58,957 nucleotides of DNA from Candidatus Uhrbacteria bacterium CG10_big_fil_rev_8_21_14_0_10_48_16 (GTDB lineage Bacteria; Patescibacteriota; Patescibacteriia; UBA9934; GWF2-40-263): contig PFEU01000015.1 in NCBI GenBank assembly GCA_002793515.1, forward strand, positions 1 to 58,957. Reading direction: 5' to 3'. The notes beneath the pieces are model-generated. The model saw only the letters and a list, made by a program, of their open reading frames with translations. It was not told the origin of the DNA and did not search any database. Shown in pieces: positions 49,761 to 58,957 of this stretch; position 1 is the first letter of the stretch, and every line of letters begins with the position of its first letter. The translations under genes were made by a program, and so were the position numbers.

Positions 49761-51089
49761 TTATGGGGTAATTCTATTGATCATGCGTGGGAATGGGATG
49801 GTTTCGCGGACGTGGTGGAGACCACAGGTCCAGGCAACGATGCGTTCGAGACCGTAACCGAACCCGGAGTGTGGGACCGAGCCGTAACGGCGCAGGTCGA
49901 GATACCACTCAAACGGAGCTGGATCAAGACCGTGCTCACGAATGCGCTCCATAAGTGTCTCGTAATCATCCTCGCGCTGGGAGCCTCCAATAATTTCTCC
50001 ATACCCTTCTGGCGCAAGAAGGTCATTGTTCAAGACGCGTGTTGGATCTGCCGGATCGCGCTTCATATAGAAGGCCTTCACCACGGCTGGATACTTTTCA
50101 AGGAAGATCGGCTTATCGTATTGCTTTGTAAGAAGCGTTTCATCGTCTGCCCCAAGATCATCCATCTCCCCAATATCACTTCCCATCTCCCGGAGCTTTG
50201 CGACCGCCTCTGCGTGCGTTAAGTGTACGAATGGCGCTTGTACTTTTTTGAGAGGTTCAACATCACGCTCCAACACCTTCAGCTCATGCGCACAGTGTTC
50301 AAGCACATCGGCAACGATGCGACAGATAAGTTCTTCCTGAATTTTCATGTTCCCTTCGTGCTCCACAAACGCGGCTTCCGCATCCATCATCCAGAACTCT
50401 GTGAGATGGCGACGTGTCTTTGATTTCTCCGCACGAAACACCGGACCGAAATCAAACGCTCGTCCGAGACTCATAATCCCCGCCTCTAGGTACAACTGTC
50501 CCGACTGAGCAAGATAGGCTTTGCTTTGAGAAGTCGTCTCATCTGCCTTCTCTTCATCTGCGAAATAATCGAGTTCAAACAAGTCTGTTGTTCCCTCACA
50601 CGACGTTGGGGTCAAAATCGGGGTATCGAATTTAATAAACCCGTTCTCGTGAAAATAGGCGTAGGTCGAAGTAATAATTCGATCACGAACACGTTGAACC
50701 GCCCACTGACTTTCCGCACGCAACCACAGATGTCGCTGATCAAGAAGAAAATCAGGACCATGCTCTTTCTTTCCAATAGGGTATCCCTCTTCCGCAATCT
50801 GAATCGCTTCGATCGATTGTCCTTCAAGCTCAAACCCAAGAGGCGCACGTGCATCCTCCTTTACCAGCCCACGAATGATGACCGAGGACTCAAGACGCAT
50901 GCCTTCGAGGATGGCCCATTGATCTTCTGGGAGATCCGTCTTCATATACACCGCCTGCATACGACCGGTCCCGTCGCGAAACTGTAAAAAGAAAATCTTT
51001 CCGCTTGAACGGAAATTATAGCACCAGCCTTTGAGTTCTACCTCTTCTCCAATGTGCTGATGAACTTGTGAAACAGTAAGTGTCGTCAT
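49761..51089 (-). CDS. asnS: Asparagine--tRNA ligase
   Basis: FLQFRDGTG, QSGQLYLEA, FRAEKSKTRRHLTEFWM, EIIGGSQRE and YGSVPHSGFGYGLER. Confidence 0.96.
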   Translation of the reverse strand: MTTLTVSQVHQHIGEEVELKGWCYNFRSSGKIFFLQFRDGTGRMQAVYMKTDLPEDQWAILEGMRLESSVIIRGLVKEDARAPLGFELEGQSIEAIQIAEEGYPIGKKEHGPDFLLDQRHLWLRAESQWAVQRVRDRIITSTYAYFHENGFIKFDTPILTPTSCEGTTDLFELDYFADEEKADETTSQSKAYLAQSGQLYLEAGIMSLGRAFDFGPVFRAEKSKTRRHLTEFWMMDAEAAFVEHEGNMKIQEELICRIVADVLEHCAHELKVLERDVEPLKKVQAPFVHLTHAEAVAKLREMGSDIGEMDDLGADDETLLTKQYDKPIFLEKYPAVVKAFYMKRDPADPTRVLNNDLLAPEGYGEIIGGSQREDDYETLMERIREHGLDPAPFEWYLDLRRYGSVPHSGFGYGLERIVAWTCGLHHVRETIPFPRMINRITP

Positions 51090-51101
51090 AGTGAGACTAG
51101 C

Positions 51102-51878
51102 TTAGCATACCCCGCATGCAGCCCTCAATGAGGAGGCTGGGATCACAGGAAAATGCGAAATCATAAGGGATTCTACGCTTTCATGAAAACCTAAGAGATC
51201 ATCGGCTCGTAAATGGGGTCGAAGATGCGATGCAAAAGATGCCTCAAGTCCAAAGCGAACAAGTTTCAACGCCCCGTCCGTCATCGGTCTTGAGGCGAAC
51301 CACTGTTGCTGGTCACGCTGGGCACACCCTATACACACCACTCCCCCTTTGAGTCCGTGCCACTGATACTGACCAGACACAATGGTCTCTCGACACGCAA
51401 GACACTGATTCAGTTCTGGACGATACCCGACACACATCAACAGCTTCAAAGCAAACCCTCCTAATAAAAATCCCGCACGCTCTTGTGATATTTGTGTATC
51501 GTCATTCAAAAATTCTAACCACGAAAGAAGCAGATGATAAATGTTCGAGTCATGTTCGTCCGCGCGCGTTCCAATATCAACAAGGTGGAGAGCATTTTGA
51601 GCAAGAACGAGTTTGGGAAGGTTCGCATAAATCGAAGGGAACGATTGGAGTCGATCAACTCCCGCCACAATTTGATATGCCCGACCATGAATCAACATGA
51701 GATCAACAATCGCCACCGTCTCCAGATGTGGGGTGAGCTTCGCAAGCGTCTTATGTCCTCCACGGGCGAGAAATTCCACCTTTCCTTTGGTGGGAGTGAA
51801 AACCGAATACCAACGATCCACTTCCTTGTGGTCGCGTCGCGATAAAACAATCCCTTTTGTTTGATAGATGACAGACAT
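51102..51878 (-). CDS. recO: DNA repair protein RecO
   Basis: TKGIVL...EVDR...GKVEFLARG and the GYRPELNQCLAC...GGVVCIGC zinc finger. Confidence 0.92.
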   Translation of the reverse strand: MSVIYQTKGIVLSRRDHKEVDRWYSVFTPTKGKVEFLARGGHKTLAKLTPHLETVAIVDLMLIHGRAYQIVAGVDRLQSFPSIYANLPKLVLAQNALHLVDIGTRADEHDSNIYHLLLSWLEFLNDDTQISQERAGFLLGGFALKLLMCVGYRPELNQCLACRETIVSGQYQWHGLKGGVVCIGCAQRDQQQWFASRPMTDGALKLVRFGLEASFASHLRPHLRADDLLGFHESVESLMISHFPVIPASSLRAACGVC

Positions 51879-51908
51879 AACTACCGTCACTCACGGGCCG
51901 AATAAGAA

Positions 51909-52079
51909 TCATGAAAATAGAAGCATCTGAAGTGAGTCCTGATGTTCCGGTCTGAGGAAACTGATCTTCCCCCGGAGCGTAATACGTCCCAAAGAGAATA
52001 TCAATACAACAACAAGAGTGATGCGAAGTGCATCACTCTGAAACCATTCAATCAATTGAAGGAATCCCATTTCAAACAT
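51909..52079 (-). CDS. Small 56-aa membrane protein or gene remnant (not in the ORF track)
   Basis: MFEMGFLQLIEWFQSDALRITLVVVLIFSLGRITLRGKISFLRPEHQDSLQMLLFS. It starts 2 nt after the upstream stop and fills the gap before recO. Confidence 0.4.
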   Translation of the reverse strand: MFEMGFLQLIEWFQSDALRITLVVVLIFSLGRITLRGKISFLRPEHQDSLQMLLFS

Positions 52080-52081
52080 GG

Positions 52082-53035
52082 TTAGTACACGAGTCCATCT
52101 TTCAATCGATCAGGATCGATTGTGCGATCAAAGCACGTATACCCGCTCATGTGAGACCAGGTATTAAAATTTCCTCCTATGTCGTAATACATCATGGGCA
52201 TCACCGTTCGAATTTCATCGACGGAACCATCTGCTTCTGTCGTGAATGTCGCACAAAGTTGAAAACTGAGATCTCCGGTCACGAGGTACGCATACTCAAC
52301 TCCGGATTCAGGATCCATTGGATTTCGATATCCAAGAATATCGTCTTCAAGTACCGCAAGATTCTCTGGGAGCACTTCCTTATCTTGCCAATAACCAACA
52401 ATGCTCGACTGAATCGTTGAAAGATCTGAAACGCGTTGTTGGTCAAGTCGAACATCGCGCTGTTTGCTTGGACTTCCCACAACGATCATGCTCGCCACAA
52501 TCGCCAGAACAATAATCACAGAACTTCCCACAGCCGCTCCCATGGTCACGCGTGTAGGTGCCCCTGGATCACGCTTTAATTCCCACAGGTAATACCAAAA
52601 CGAGGCAACAGCCACTAACAAAACACAAACGACTTTTAAGGCAAATCGTGTCGTCAGTTCTCCATCGAGGAAATAATTAATGAGTGTGATCAGATCAATA
52701 ATAATGGTGATCGACGCCACAAAGAGCATGAGATGCAGAAGCCACTTACGAATCCAAATATGTTGCTTGTCTGTATCGGCGCGCAAATCCTTTCCAATAA
52801 AAATCGACATGAAGATCACCACAGGCCAAGAAACAATAAGCGCAGAGATCGCTCCTCGAATGGCCTGGAGCGCTCCCTCTCGATACCAGTAATCAAGCTG
52901 GTCAGGGAACTGAATATTAATGTACTGGAACATGAGCGTTAAAAAACTCACAACCCCCACGATAAACATGGCGATCAAAAGAAGATACGAAAAGACATCT
53001 CGGGCGGAGCTTTTCGATGAATGTTGTTTTGTCAT
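52082..53035 (-). CDS. DUF5671-type membrane protein with a C-terminal pilin/pseudopilin-like domain
   Basis: ARDVFSYLL, IRKWLLHL, FLDGELTTRF, then RLDQQRVSDL...DPESGVEYAY...FQLCATF. Confidence 0.8.
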   Translation of the reverse strand: MTKQHSSKSSARDVFSYLLLIAMFIVGVVSFLTLMFQYINIQFPDQLDYWYREGALQAIRGAISALIVSWPVVIFMSIFIGKDLRADTDKQHIWIRKWLLHLMLFVASITIIIDLITLINYFLDGELTTRFALKVVCVLLVAVASFWYYLWELKRDPGAPTRVTMGAAVGSSVIIVLAIVASMIVVGSPSKQRDVRLDQQRVSDLSTIQSSIVGYWQDKEVLPENLAVLEDDILGYRNPMDPESGVEYAYLVTGDLSFQLCATFTTEADGSVDEIRTVMPMMYYDIGGNFNTWSHMSGYTCFDRTIDPDRLKDGLVY

Positions 53036-53137
53036 ATGGATCTAGTATACCCTTTTTTCTATAGAAAAAGGAAAAGATACATTGACGAGCCTCTAAAAAT
53101 CTCCTATTCTCAAAGTCCTTGATTCACAGGAGAACCC

Positions 53138-53455
53138 ATGAGACAGACTCAGCTTGTCGGGACGGCGAGATTCACACAAGCAAACAGCGAACACACTGGT
53201 AAGATCACCATTGTGCAAGGGATACAAAGCATCTTCAACCTTGTGACCATCGAAAACGTCGGCCAGGGCAAGGTCAAATTCGATCGAGATGGATCGTTCA
53301 GGGGATCCTGGGCCATGAACAACGAGATCTACGACGTTGATGGTAAAGCCCATGGCGACCAAAGCTCCTGGGACGGAACCTTCATCCTCCGTCACGTTGA
53401 GACCAGTGCCATCATCGCTCGAGGATCCTTCCACGTCGAAAAAACCAGCAGGTGA
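53138..53455 (+). CDS. Hypothetical protein (orphan with its own promoter)
   Basis: TTGACG(53082)-17-TATTCT promoter, CAGGAG SD, and terminator AGAGCC-GTAC-GGGCTCTTTT downstream. Confidence 0.65.
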   Translation: MRQTQLVGTARFTQANSEHTGKITIVQGIQSIFNLVTIENVGQGKVKFDRDGSFRGSWAMNNEIYDVDGKAHGDQSSWDGTFILRHVETSAIIARGSFHVEKTSR

Positions 53456-53511
53456 ACTGCTAGTGTCTCTTCTCTAGAGCCGTACGGGCTCTTTTATTTT
53501 TCTGATTTTTC

Positions 53512-53916
53512 TTACCCTCTCAAAAAGAACACAGCAACAAACAGCACCATAAAGTTTATTGTCGAAACAACACACCAGGTACAAAAAGCTCGTAACACCA
53601 AAGCCTGAATGTACGTAAAGTACAGTGAAAAAAGAAACCCAACGACCACCACCGCCGTCACAGGCCAAAACGGAATCATTCCTTGGATGAACAGCCAAGT
53701 TCCAATGAGAATCGCGACATACATGGCGAGGCCTGCGTAGGAATTTGGAAACCCAAACAATTTACTTTGCGGACTCATTTGGACTTTTTTACACCACTCG
53801 TCTGGGAAAAAGAGGCATTTTACAGGAGTCTTCGTTATGGAGTGATACGAAAGATAGAGCGTATCAAGAAGTCCGATACCCGCAAAAATGAATAAGAGCG
53901 TTTGATATAAAGGCAT
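53512..53916 (-). CDS. Vitamin K epoxide reductase (VKOR) family protein
   Basis: Loop cysteines (KCLFFPDEWCKKV..S), four TMs and a CxxC (FCTWC). Confidence 0.9.
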   Translation of the reverse strand: MPLYQTLLFIFAGIGLLDTLYLSYHSITKTPVKCLFFPDEWCKKVQMSPQSKLFGFPNSYAGLAMYVAILIGTWLFIQGMIPFWPVTAVVVVGFLFSLYFTYIQALVLRAFCTWCVVSTINFMVLFVAVFFLRG

Positions 53917-53948
53917 ATGAAAAATTGGTTATAGATCGTATGAATAGG

Positions 53949-54266
53949 CTATTCAATCGGGAATCCAGCCATCTCCCATGCGGTAATTCCTCCCTCAACA
54001 TTATAAACCTCTTTAAACCCAGCCTGATCGAGAACTCCGCACATCGCAGAACTTCTTCCGCCCGTCCGACACTGAACGTACACATGATCATACGCACGCA
54101 GAGCTTCCTTATACAGGGCAATCTTATCAAGCGGTTTATTGTGCGCTCCAGGGATATGTCCTTCGAAGTACTCCTCAGGAGATCGAACATCAATAAGAAT
54201 AGATGTCTTCATCTGCTCTGGATCATGTAGAACGTTGTGTAAATCTTGAACGGAAATGCGTTTCAT
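53949..54266 (-). CDS. Rhodanese-like domain protein
   Basis: LIDVRSPEEY..GHIPGA, CRTGGRS and VEGGITAW. Confidence 0.92.
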   Translation of the reverse strand: MKRISVQDLHNVLHDPEQMKTSILIDVRSPEEYFEGHIPGAHNKPLDKIALYKEALRAYDHVYVQCRTGGRSSAMCGVLDQAGFKEVYNVEGGITAWEMAGFPIE

Positions 54267-54293
54267 ACAAATGAATTTTTGACTGCACGATGA

Positions 54294-55784
54294 TTAGGAA
54301 ACGAGTTTTATTAAAAACCGATAGATCTCAACCATCGCAAACGTATCGAGTTTGCAATACGCGAGTAAGTCTTTCGCAATGTGATCCTTTTCCTCTGTGG
54401 GAGTCGCAGGGTTGATCATACGTTCCCAACGCTCAATCGCCTGATCTCCTTTTTGAATCCCAAGTGCTTTGTAGGTGAGGTGCGGAACGATCACGGGCAA
54501 TACGTTCTTAATGCTGGCACTCCCCTTAAACTCCGCATCCACATAATAGCTTTTGGAAAAGACCGTCATGAGATCAAACATGTTGTCATTGATCTGCTCA
54601 ATAAAATCCGCCTTGTCTGGATGGAGTTCCGCGAGTTTCATGTTTCGCTGTTTTTCATACGTGCTGTACCACGAGATGACTGTCGCATGTGGATTCATAT
54701 CTTCGATCATGCGATCAAGTAGTGGTCGCGTAAAATCTCCAACCGGATCCTTCACCAAAAACTCCTTGTGCTCAAGCGTTCCGTCTTCTTGCAACGTATG
54801 GAGAGAGTACTGAAAGGGCACTTGCTCATAGGCGCCAAATCCATCAAAACGTGGAATGGCACTTGAATATCCTTCGTAATCGAAAAACTGCAACGGAAAG
54901 ATAAGCTCACTCAGGAGTTCCTTGATCCCCTCATGGTCGATGATCGGCGACCCAGCCATATAGGCATCGTACTGTGCTCTTTTTGCCCCCTTCAGTTTTT
55001 CTGGATTGTCGATATCTTCAATGCGAAAAATACTCCGGTCAATCCAGTCATAAAACAATGCCTTGCTTCCTCCGATCCGATTAATATCATGAACAGAATA
55101 TTCCGGGACATCCGGATAGGAATAGGCAAACGTCGTACATTGGGCGGAACGTCCACGATACAGACAGTCACATCCCTTTGGTTCAGGTCCGCTCAACTCA
55201 ACTTTCATGGCCTCCATTTCTTCTCTCACAGCTTCTTCGGCCATCAGAACCTCCTCTGTCAAATCTGCGGTGATAAACAATTCCTGAAAATTAACTTTCC
55301 CCTTCTGTCGGTAAGCGCTATTGAGATGAATCACTCCGGCCTTTACAATCGTCAGTCCCGTTCCCTCAATGACCTGTTTCTGAAAAGCAAGATCATTCAC
55401 ATGATGATGAGGCACCTCTCTTTTTACATCATTCGTCGCTTTCACTTCGTACAGCTCCCACCCATTCAATACGCCATTCCATCGCAAAATATCCGCTTGC
55501 ACAAAAAACTCCTCGAATGAAAACGCTCCTTGAAAAAGCGTATCTGGTTTCAACGCAAGCACATTTTGCGTTTGAGGCACGGCGCGCATCCCAACGAGTT
55601 CAATCAGTGTCCCCTCAGGAAAAAGATGTCGTGCGGACTCATCGGCGACGTTTCCTTCTTCAATAATCTTCTTTTCAAATTCGGAAAGCTCTTTCCCTTG
55701 AAACAGGTCCGGTTTGTGCTTACGCAACCACAAATTCTTCCGACAAAAGGTATATTCAAGATAATCCGTTTTTGTGATGTACAT
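54294..55784 (-). CDS. DUF2779 domain protein (PD-(D/E)XK-like N-terminus, RNase H-like C-terminus)
   Basis: ADIL...ELYEVK, DLAFQ, FFDYE...YEQVPFQYSLH, GSASIKNVLP and LLAYCKLDT. Confidence 0.85.
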   Translation of the reverse strand: MYITKTDYLEYTFCRKNLWLRKHKPDLFQGKELSEFEKKIIEEGNVADESARHLFPEGTLIELVGMRAVPQTQNVLALKPDTLFQGAFSFEEFFVQADILRWNGVLNGWELYEVKATNDVKREVPHHHVNDLAFQKQVIEGTGLTIVKAGVIHLNSAYRQKGKVNFQELFITADLTEEVLMAEEAVREEMEAMKVELSGPEPKGCDCLYRGRSAQCTTFAYSYPDVPEYSVHDINRIGGSKALFYDWIDRSIFRIEDIDNPEKLKGAKRAQYDAYMAGSPIIDHEGIKELLSELIFPLQFFDYEGYSSAIPRFDGFGAYEQVPFQYSLHTLQEDGTLEHKEFLVKDPVGDFTRPLLDRMIEDMNPHATVISWYSTYEKQRNMKLAELHPDKADFIEQINDNMFDLMTVFSKSYYVDAEFKGSASIKNVLPVIVPHLTYKALGIQKGDQAIERWERMINPATPTEEKDHIAKDLLAYCKLDTFAMVEIYRFLIKLVS

Positions 55785-55868
55785 AGTGACCGCATGATAC
55801 CAAAGTTTTCATACTATGGGGGAGATATCCATAGAAACATCCTCTTTCTCATGTTACCATCCCTTCAT

Positions 55869-58091
55869 ATGACCATTCCCTCTCATGCACAGATTGTGCG
55901 TTGGCTCACCATCGCCACCTGCTGTACGCCTCTGTTATTTGCCCCGTTCGTACTCACCCCATTTCAGGCTCCAACGTTCCTGGCGTTTAGCGCACTCGTT
56001 GCGATCACGCTTCCATTTTATCTCTCTTGGATCAAGCAAGAACGCTCACTGTTTCCAGACAAAGGGAATCCTCTCCTTCTTGCCGTCATATTCTATCTGG
56101 GGATTCGTCTCATCAGTGCGGTATTTGGCGTGGATCCATGGAATAGTTTTTTTGGAAACGAAGCCCGTATCGGAGGACTCATTCTTCAGCTCCACCTCTT
56201 TCTTTTTACCTTGTACCTTTTTGCGTTGCTAAAATTCGATCGTGAAAAATTTTTCCGCTCTGTTTCTACCACGTTCATCCTTCTTGCGAGTATTGCCAGT
56301 CTCCACGGAATTCTCGAATATCTGAATATTCTCACCCCTCTCTCCGCAGGCTTTGAGTCACGAAGTAGTAGCGTGTTTGGAAACCCTGCCTTCTTTGCCT
56401 CCTTTTTAGTGATTCCCTTGTTTTTGGCGATAGCACGATCCCTATCCGAAACATCTAAAAAATACAAACGCCTTTTCCAAGGAGCAACTGTTCTCACCTT
56501 CCTTGCCATCCTGACAACGGGAACACGGGGAGCATTTCTTGCGATCATCATTGGAATACTTCTCACGATCACCCTTCGAGTCGTCTTCACCTCAACCACA
56601 AAAACACGTCGCCGGCTCATCTTAAGCGCACTCGTGTTTCTCATCCTCCTCACCGGATCATTTGGCATTGCTCGCACGATCGCTCAACCCGACACGGAAC
56701 TCTACCGATTTACGCACCTATTCACAGACACCGGTGTCGAACGATTTGCCTACTGGAACATGTCTTGGAAGGGATGGAAGGAACACCCGATTCTTGGAAA
56801 CGGCTACGAGAACTTCTACCAAACAAGTACCTCACATTTCGATCCTGCTCTCTATGAATTTTCGAACTTTTGGATCGACAAGCCCCATAATGCGTTTTTC
56901 GAAATCCTCTCTACCGGAGGATTGCTCTCCTTGGTGAGCTATCTCACGCTGATTGGACTGATGCTCTACGCACTCAGGCAATCCATACGTAAAGAGAACG
57001 ACTCATGGACTCCTCTTCTGTTGATCGGAGCCGTCATAGCCTATCTCGTCCAAGCATTCTTTCTCTTTGACCTCCTTGATTCACAAATCCCTTTTGCGTT
57101 TCTTCTTGCCTATACGGTGCTCTTATTTGAGAAGGATCGTGCCCCCACAGGAGCAATCCCTCTCTCCAAAAAAGCGCTTCCGATTTTGATTCTTGGCGGG
57201 GTCGGGACGGTCGCTCTCATCGTGTTCTTCTATGCTCCCATGTTGCATGATCTCTTCTACGCCATGGAGTCTCAAGATGCGGTAAAGCACAAAAATTGGG
57301 AGCTTGCCCTTGAGGATACCGCAAAGATTGGGACCTCTTGGATGGCGTTTGATCACCACCTCACCGCGCGAAACCGCTATGACCTCTTACAACAAGCGAT
57401 AGATGCCAATGTTCGAAATGCATCGTTTTATACGGAACTCTTTCATCTGACCTACGAAGCGCAGGAGCGTGCGATTGCACGACACCCGCAACATATGGAG
57501 TACCTCAATGAACGTATTGGTACCCTGATCTTTGAAGCCCGATTAAAAGCAAAGCCCGTTTCAGATGAGGCCTTCACCTTAGCTCAACGGTCGATTGCCC
57601 TTGCGCCAAATCGCATCGAGTCCCTCTTTCTTCTGAGCCAAGTCTATCAACAAAACAATGAATGGGAATCCGCGATCGACACGATTGAACAAGCCGTGCG
57701 TATTGCTCCCTCGAATGCCCTCGCTATGGGAACCTTAGGCATGTTGTATTTCCAAACAGGAGAAAAGGAACAAGGCGCCCTCTATCTGCGTCGTGCGCTT
57801 GAAAAGGATTTTCAGTTTCTCCCTTCCTACGTAACGGTTGTGAGCCTTCTCTCAAACTACTATGCCGAGATAGGAGATTGGGAATCCAATATTGCCCTCT
57901 TCACGCTTGCCATCGAACGCTTGCCCTACGATTTTGATCTCTACACCACCCTCGCCACGTCCTACCACATGGCGGGAGACGACGAAGGAGCACGAAGAAT
58001 TGCGGAACAACTTCTTGCCATCGATCCATCCACAGAGGAAGGGGTACGAGCATTTTTAGAAACCCTTGACACACAAGAAGAGGTGTACTAA
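55869..58091 (+). CDS. O-antigen ligase (Wzy_C) family membrane protein with C-terminal TPRs
   Basis: Many TMs, SVFGNPAFFA, TGTRGA, PILGNGYENF, DKPHNAFFE and TPR repeats; start set at MTIPSH (55869). Confidence 0.88.
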   Translation: MTIPSHAQIVRWLTIATCCTPLLFAPFVLTPFQAPTFLAFSALVAITLPFYLSWIKQERSLFPDKGNPLLLAVIFYLGIRLISAVFGVDPWNSFFGNEARIGGLILQLHLFLFTLYLFALLKFDREKFFRSVSTTFILLASIASLHGILEYLNILTPLSAGFESRSSSVFGNPAFFASFLVIPLFLAIARSLSETSKKYKRLFQGATVLTFLAILTTGTRGAFLAIIIGILLTITLRVVFTSTTKTRRRLILSALVFLILLTGSFGIARTIAQPDTELYRFTHLFTDTGVERFAYWNMSWKGWKEHPILGNGYENFYQTSTSHFDPALYEFSNFWIDKPHNAFFEILSTGGLLSLVSYLTLIGLMLYALRQSIRKENDSWTPLLLIGAVIAYLVQAFFLFDLLDSQIPFAFLLAYTVLLFEKDRAPTGAIPLSKKALPILILGGVGTVALIVFFYAPMLHDLFYAMESQDAVKHKNWELALEDTAKIGTSWMAFDHHLTARNRYDLLQQAIDANVRNASFYTELFHLTYEAQERAIARHPQHMEYLNERIGTLIFEARLKAKPVSDEAFTLAQRSIALAPNRIESLFLLSQVYQQNNEWESAIDTIEQAVRIAPSNALAMGTLGMLYFQTGEKEQGALYLRRALEKDFQFLPSYVTVVSLLSNYYAEIGDWESNIALFTLAIERLPYDFDLYTTLATSYHMAGDDEGARRIAEQLLAIDPSTEEGVRAFLETLDTQEEVY

Positions 58092-58104
58092 TGTACAAGT
58101 ACAC
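58066..58104 (+). promoter_or_regulatory. trpR promoter overlapped by a TrpR-type operator
   Basis: TTGACA(58066-58071)-17-TAATGT(58089-58094); palindrome GTGTACT-AATGTACA-AGTACAC (58083-58104). Confidence 0.7.
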
Positions 58105-58105
58105 T

Positions 58106-58441
58106 ATGTCTACTCCAACAGATTGGCGGGAAGATCTTGTCCATCTCATACAGCTTGCCGATGAGGACCCAACGGTTCTCCCTGCCCTTCTTGAGGACTT
58201 GCTTACCCCCGAAGAACTCACAGCCATGGCTCAACGATGGCAGATTATCAAAGAACTTTATCGAGGCACCCCTCAGCGCGAAATCTCCCAAACCCTTGGG
58301 GTGGGAGTTGCGACCGTCACGCGCGGTTCACGCATGCTGAGAAACCCTCAAGGCGGATTCCGCCGTATCATCGATATGATTTTAAGCACGAAACGTCCAA
58401 CGGGCCTTACCAAGGCCTGGCGAACTCAACTCACGGAATAA
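58106..58441 (+). CDS. trpR: Trp repressor family protein (TrpR/YerC)
   Basis: LLTPEE...QRW.I...QREISQTLGVGVATVTRGSRML HTH. The start is probably the ATG at 58106, because the ATG at 58091 lies within the -10 box. Confidence 0.85.
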   Translation: MSTPTDWREDLVHLIQLADEDPTVLPALLEDLLTPEELTAMAQRWQIIKELYRGTPQREISQTLGVGVATVTRGSRMLRNPQGGFRRIIDMILSTKRPTGLTKAWRTQLTE

Positions 58442-58470
58442 TCCCTGAGCAGAGATTCGTGCTGTCCAAA

Positions 58471-58500
58471 CAGCCTTTCCACTCAGGGAGGGTTGTTTTT
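58471..58500 (+). terminator. Intrinsic terminator after trpR
   Basis: CAGCCTTTCC-ACTCA-GGGAGGGTTG followed by TTTTT (stem includes G-U pairs). Confidence 0.55.
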
Positions 58501-58514
58501 ATTCGGAGCGTCGC

Positions 58515-58955
58515 ATGACCACAAGACCCATCTCTCTCACGACCCGTACCGGCGAACAGATCCGTGTTCGCCTGCTCGACTCGCTTCCCTCTCGTGAGCA
58601 CGCCATCGTGTCCGCTTCTGAGGGATTCGGTCAGCCCATCGACCCGGCTCTGAGTCTGGATGTGGAAGAGCATCTTGATGCGTGCCACTTCGGATTCCAG
58701 TTCCTCGACGCAGACGGGCAGATCGCGGGGTTCACGCTCTTCAAGCACTTCGACGACCTTCTGTGTGGAGGCGGAATGATGATCCGACCTCGCTTCCAGA
58801 AGTCCGGTCTCGTGCGCGAAGGGATCAAACTCGCACGTGACCGCACGCAGGCACGCTTCCTGGCGTACCGCACGCAGTCTCCGCGCATGTGGTCTGCCGG
58901 ACGGAGCGTCACCCGCATCTGGGGTCTGGCACAGATGTTAGTCATTATTTTGTAA
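58515..58955 (+). CDS. GNAT-fold-like hypothetical protein, probably interrupted near 58921
   Basis: GGAG SD, GC3-rich codons and MIRPRFQKSGL resembling GNAT motif A; composition shifts abruptly at 58921. Confidence 0.55.
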   Translation: MTTRPISLTTRTGEQIRVRLLDSLPSREHAIVSASEGFGQPIDPALSLDVEEHLDACHFGFQFLDADGQIAGFTLFKHFDDLLCGGGMMIRPRFQKSGLVREGIKLARDRTQARFLAYRTQSPRMWSAGRSVTRIWGLAQMLVIIL

Positions 58956-58957
58956 GA

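Noticed and set aside
55530-55868. N-terminal extension of the O-antigen ligase ORF
   Set aside because: It overlaps the divergent DUF2779 gene; the ATG at 55869 (or 55851) is more plausible.
1-58957. Alternative genetic code (UGA recoded)
   Set aside because: Conserved genes such as ybeY, scpB and dprA end at TGA at their expected lengths, and long ORFs are intact under code 11.

Overview
A 59-kb chromosomal segment from a small-genome bacterium, most likely Patescibacteria/CPR. This is inferred from the VirB2-like pilin fusions, DUF5671 and DUF2779 proteins, short Rel, archaeal-type AspRS and SD-poor core genes; the genetic code is 11. The backbone is housekeeping: pyk, htrA, nrdR, ftsZ, ftsA, dgkA, ybeY, rpsU, hisS, lepB, an LCP protein, der, pth, dprA, topA, rel, parAB, scpAB, aspS, asnS, recO, trpR and four tRNAs (Val-CAC, Leu-CAA, two CAT). 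The most notable items are: (1) an apparent ribosome-mediated attenuator with a 25-aa leader peptide containing DNNDNND, upstream of a non-discriminating-type aspS; (2) an integrase-less array of integron-like cassettes between rel and parB with two complete attC-like sites, whose first cassette is bounded by ~75-bp inverted repeats; (3) a ~15-kb surface-protein cluster built around a ~3,500-aa Cys-rich protein that starts with a pilin and ends in a vWA domain, plus a YqeY-pilin fusion; (4) a TrpR-type operator over the trpR promoter; (5) a candidate ~325-nt structured ncRNA; (6) palindromic repeat elements around the tRNA cluster; (7) several GC3-rich orphan genes, each a self-contained expression unit. 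All calls come from reading the sequence by eye; no database searches were run.
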